A program made the position numbers and the translations under genes. Below, piece after piece: positions 63,648-64,000 of a stretch of 64,000 nt of DNA. Position 1 is the first letter of the stretch, and the number at the start of each line of letters is the position of its first letter. The notes beneath the pieces are model-generated. The model was given only the letters and a program-made list of their open reading frames with translations, made no database searches and was not told the DNA's origin. This DNA is from Lama glama (taxonomy: Eukaryota), in assembly GCA_028534125.1 (NCBI GenBank), contig CM052817.1, positions 75,642,001 to 75,706,000 of the forward strand, given 5' to 3'.

Positions 63648-64000
63648 TATAGGTTAACCACATTTAGTAACTTCGTGATTTACATGAGAAATATTTCAAT
63701 TAAAATATCATTAATTATATAATTTAAGTAATATACATAGTCTTCAACTTTAATATATGCAATTTTATCAAATTTAGCATAGGATATATGCCATTAGAAT
63801 TCTGACAATGTTAAGATTAGTACATTACCTAAATAATCTCAGAAGTCATTAAATAAAACATTTAATTACATTGTTTTGCAAATGACATGCCTATCAACAA
63901 CAATAACAGAATAAAATCTACCTATCAATAAATTCAATCTCTGAGCACTGTTTAGTTAGCATACTGATTACTGTGTGTATTTTCATGTCTCATATTCAGA

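Overview
AT-rich, CpG-poor mammalian non-coding DNA, roughly half of it recognisable transposable-element debris. I find no intact protein-coding gene, RNA gene or CRISPR array; the listed ORFs are TE fragments or chance ORFs. Content: many L1 copies of different ages, mostly on the minus strand; two decayed ERVL-class proviruses with readable protease/RT motifs; four ERV1-class solo LTRs, two of them MER41-like with STAT-type motifs; MaLR/MLT2/LTR41-like LTRs; MIR, L2, MER8- and MER58-like elements; and microsatellites. The young L1 type and the absence of Alu, Bov-tA, PRE-1, CHR or Can-SINE suggest a cetartiodactyl, probably a camelid (inference). I do not see a new biological system. The most notable structure is a break-repair-like scar at 32.6-33.6 kb: an L1 fragment lacking its 3' end, an ~88%-identical inverted copy of 38117-38525, and three telomere-like hexamers at the junction. 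Also notable are an intact GAS site in a MER41-like LTR, an L1 5'UTR fused directly to RT sequence, and a minus-strand TE bias suggesting an intron of a long + strand transcript. Subfamily names come from remembered consensus sequences and need Dfam/RepeatMasker confirmation. Most boundaries are approximate.
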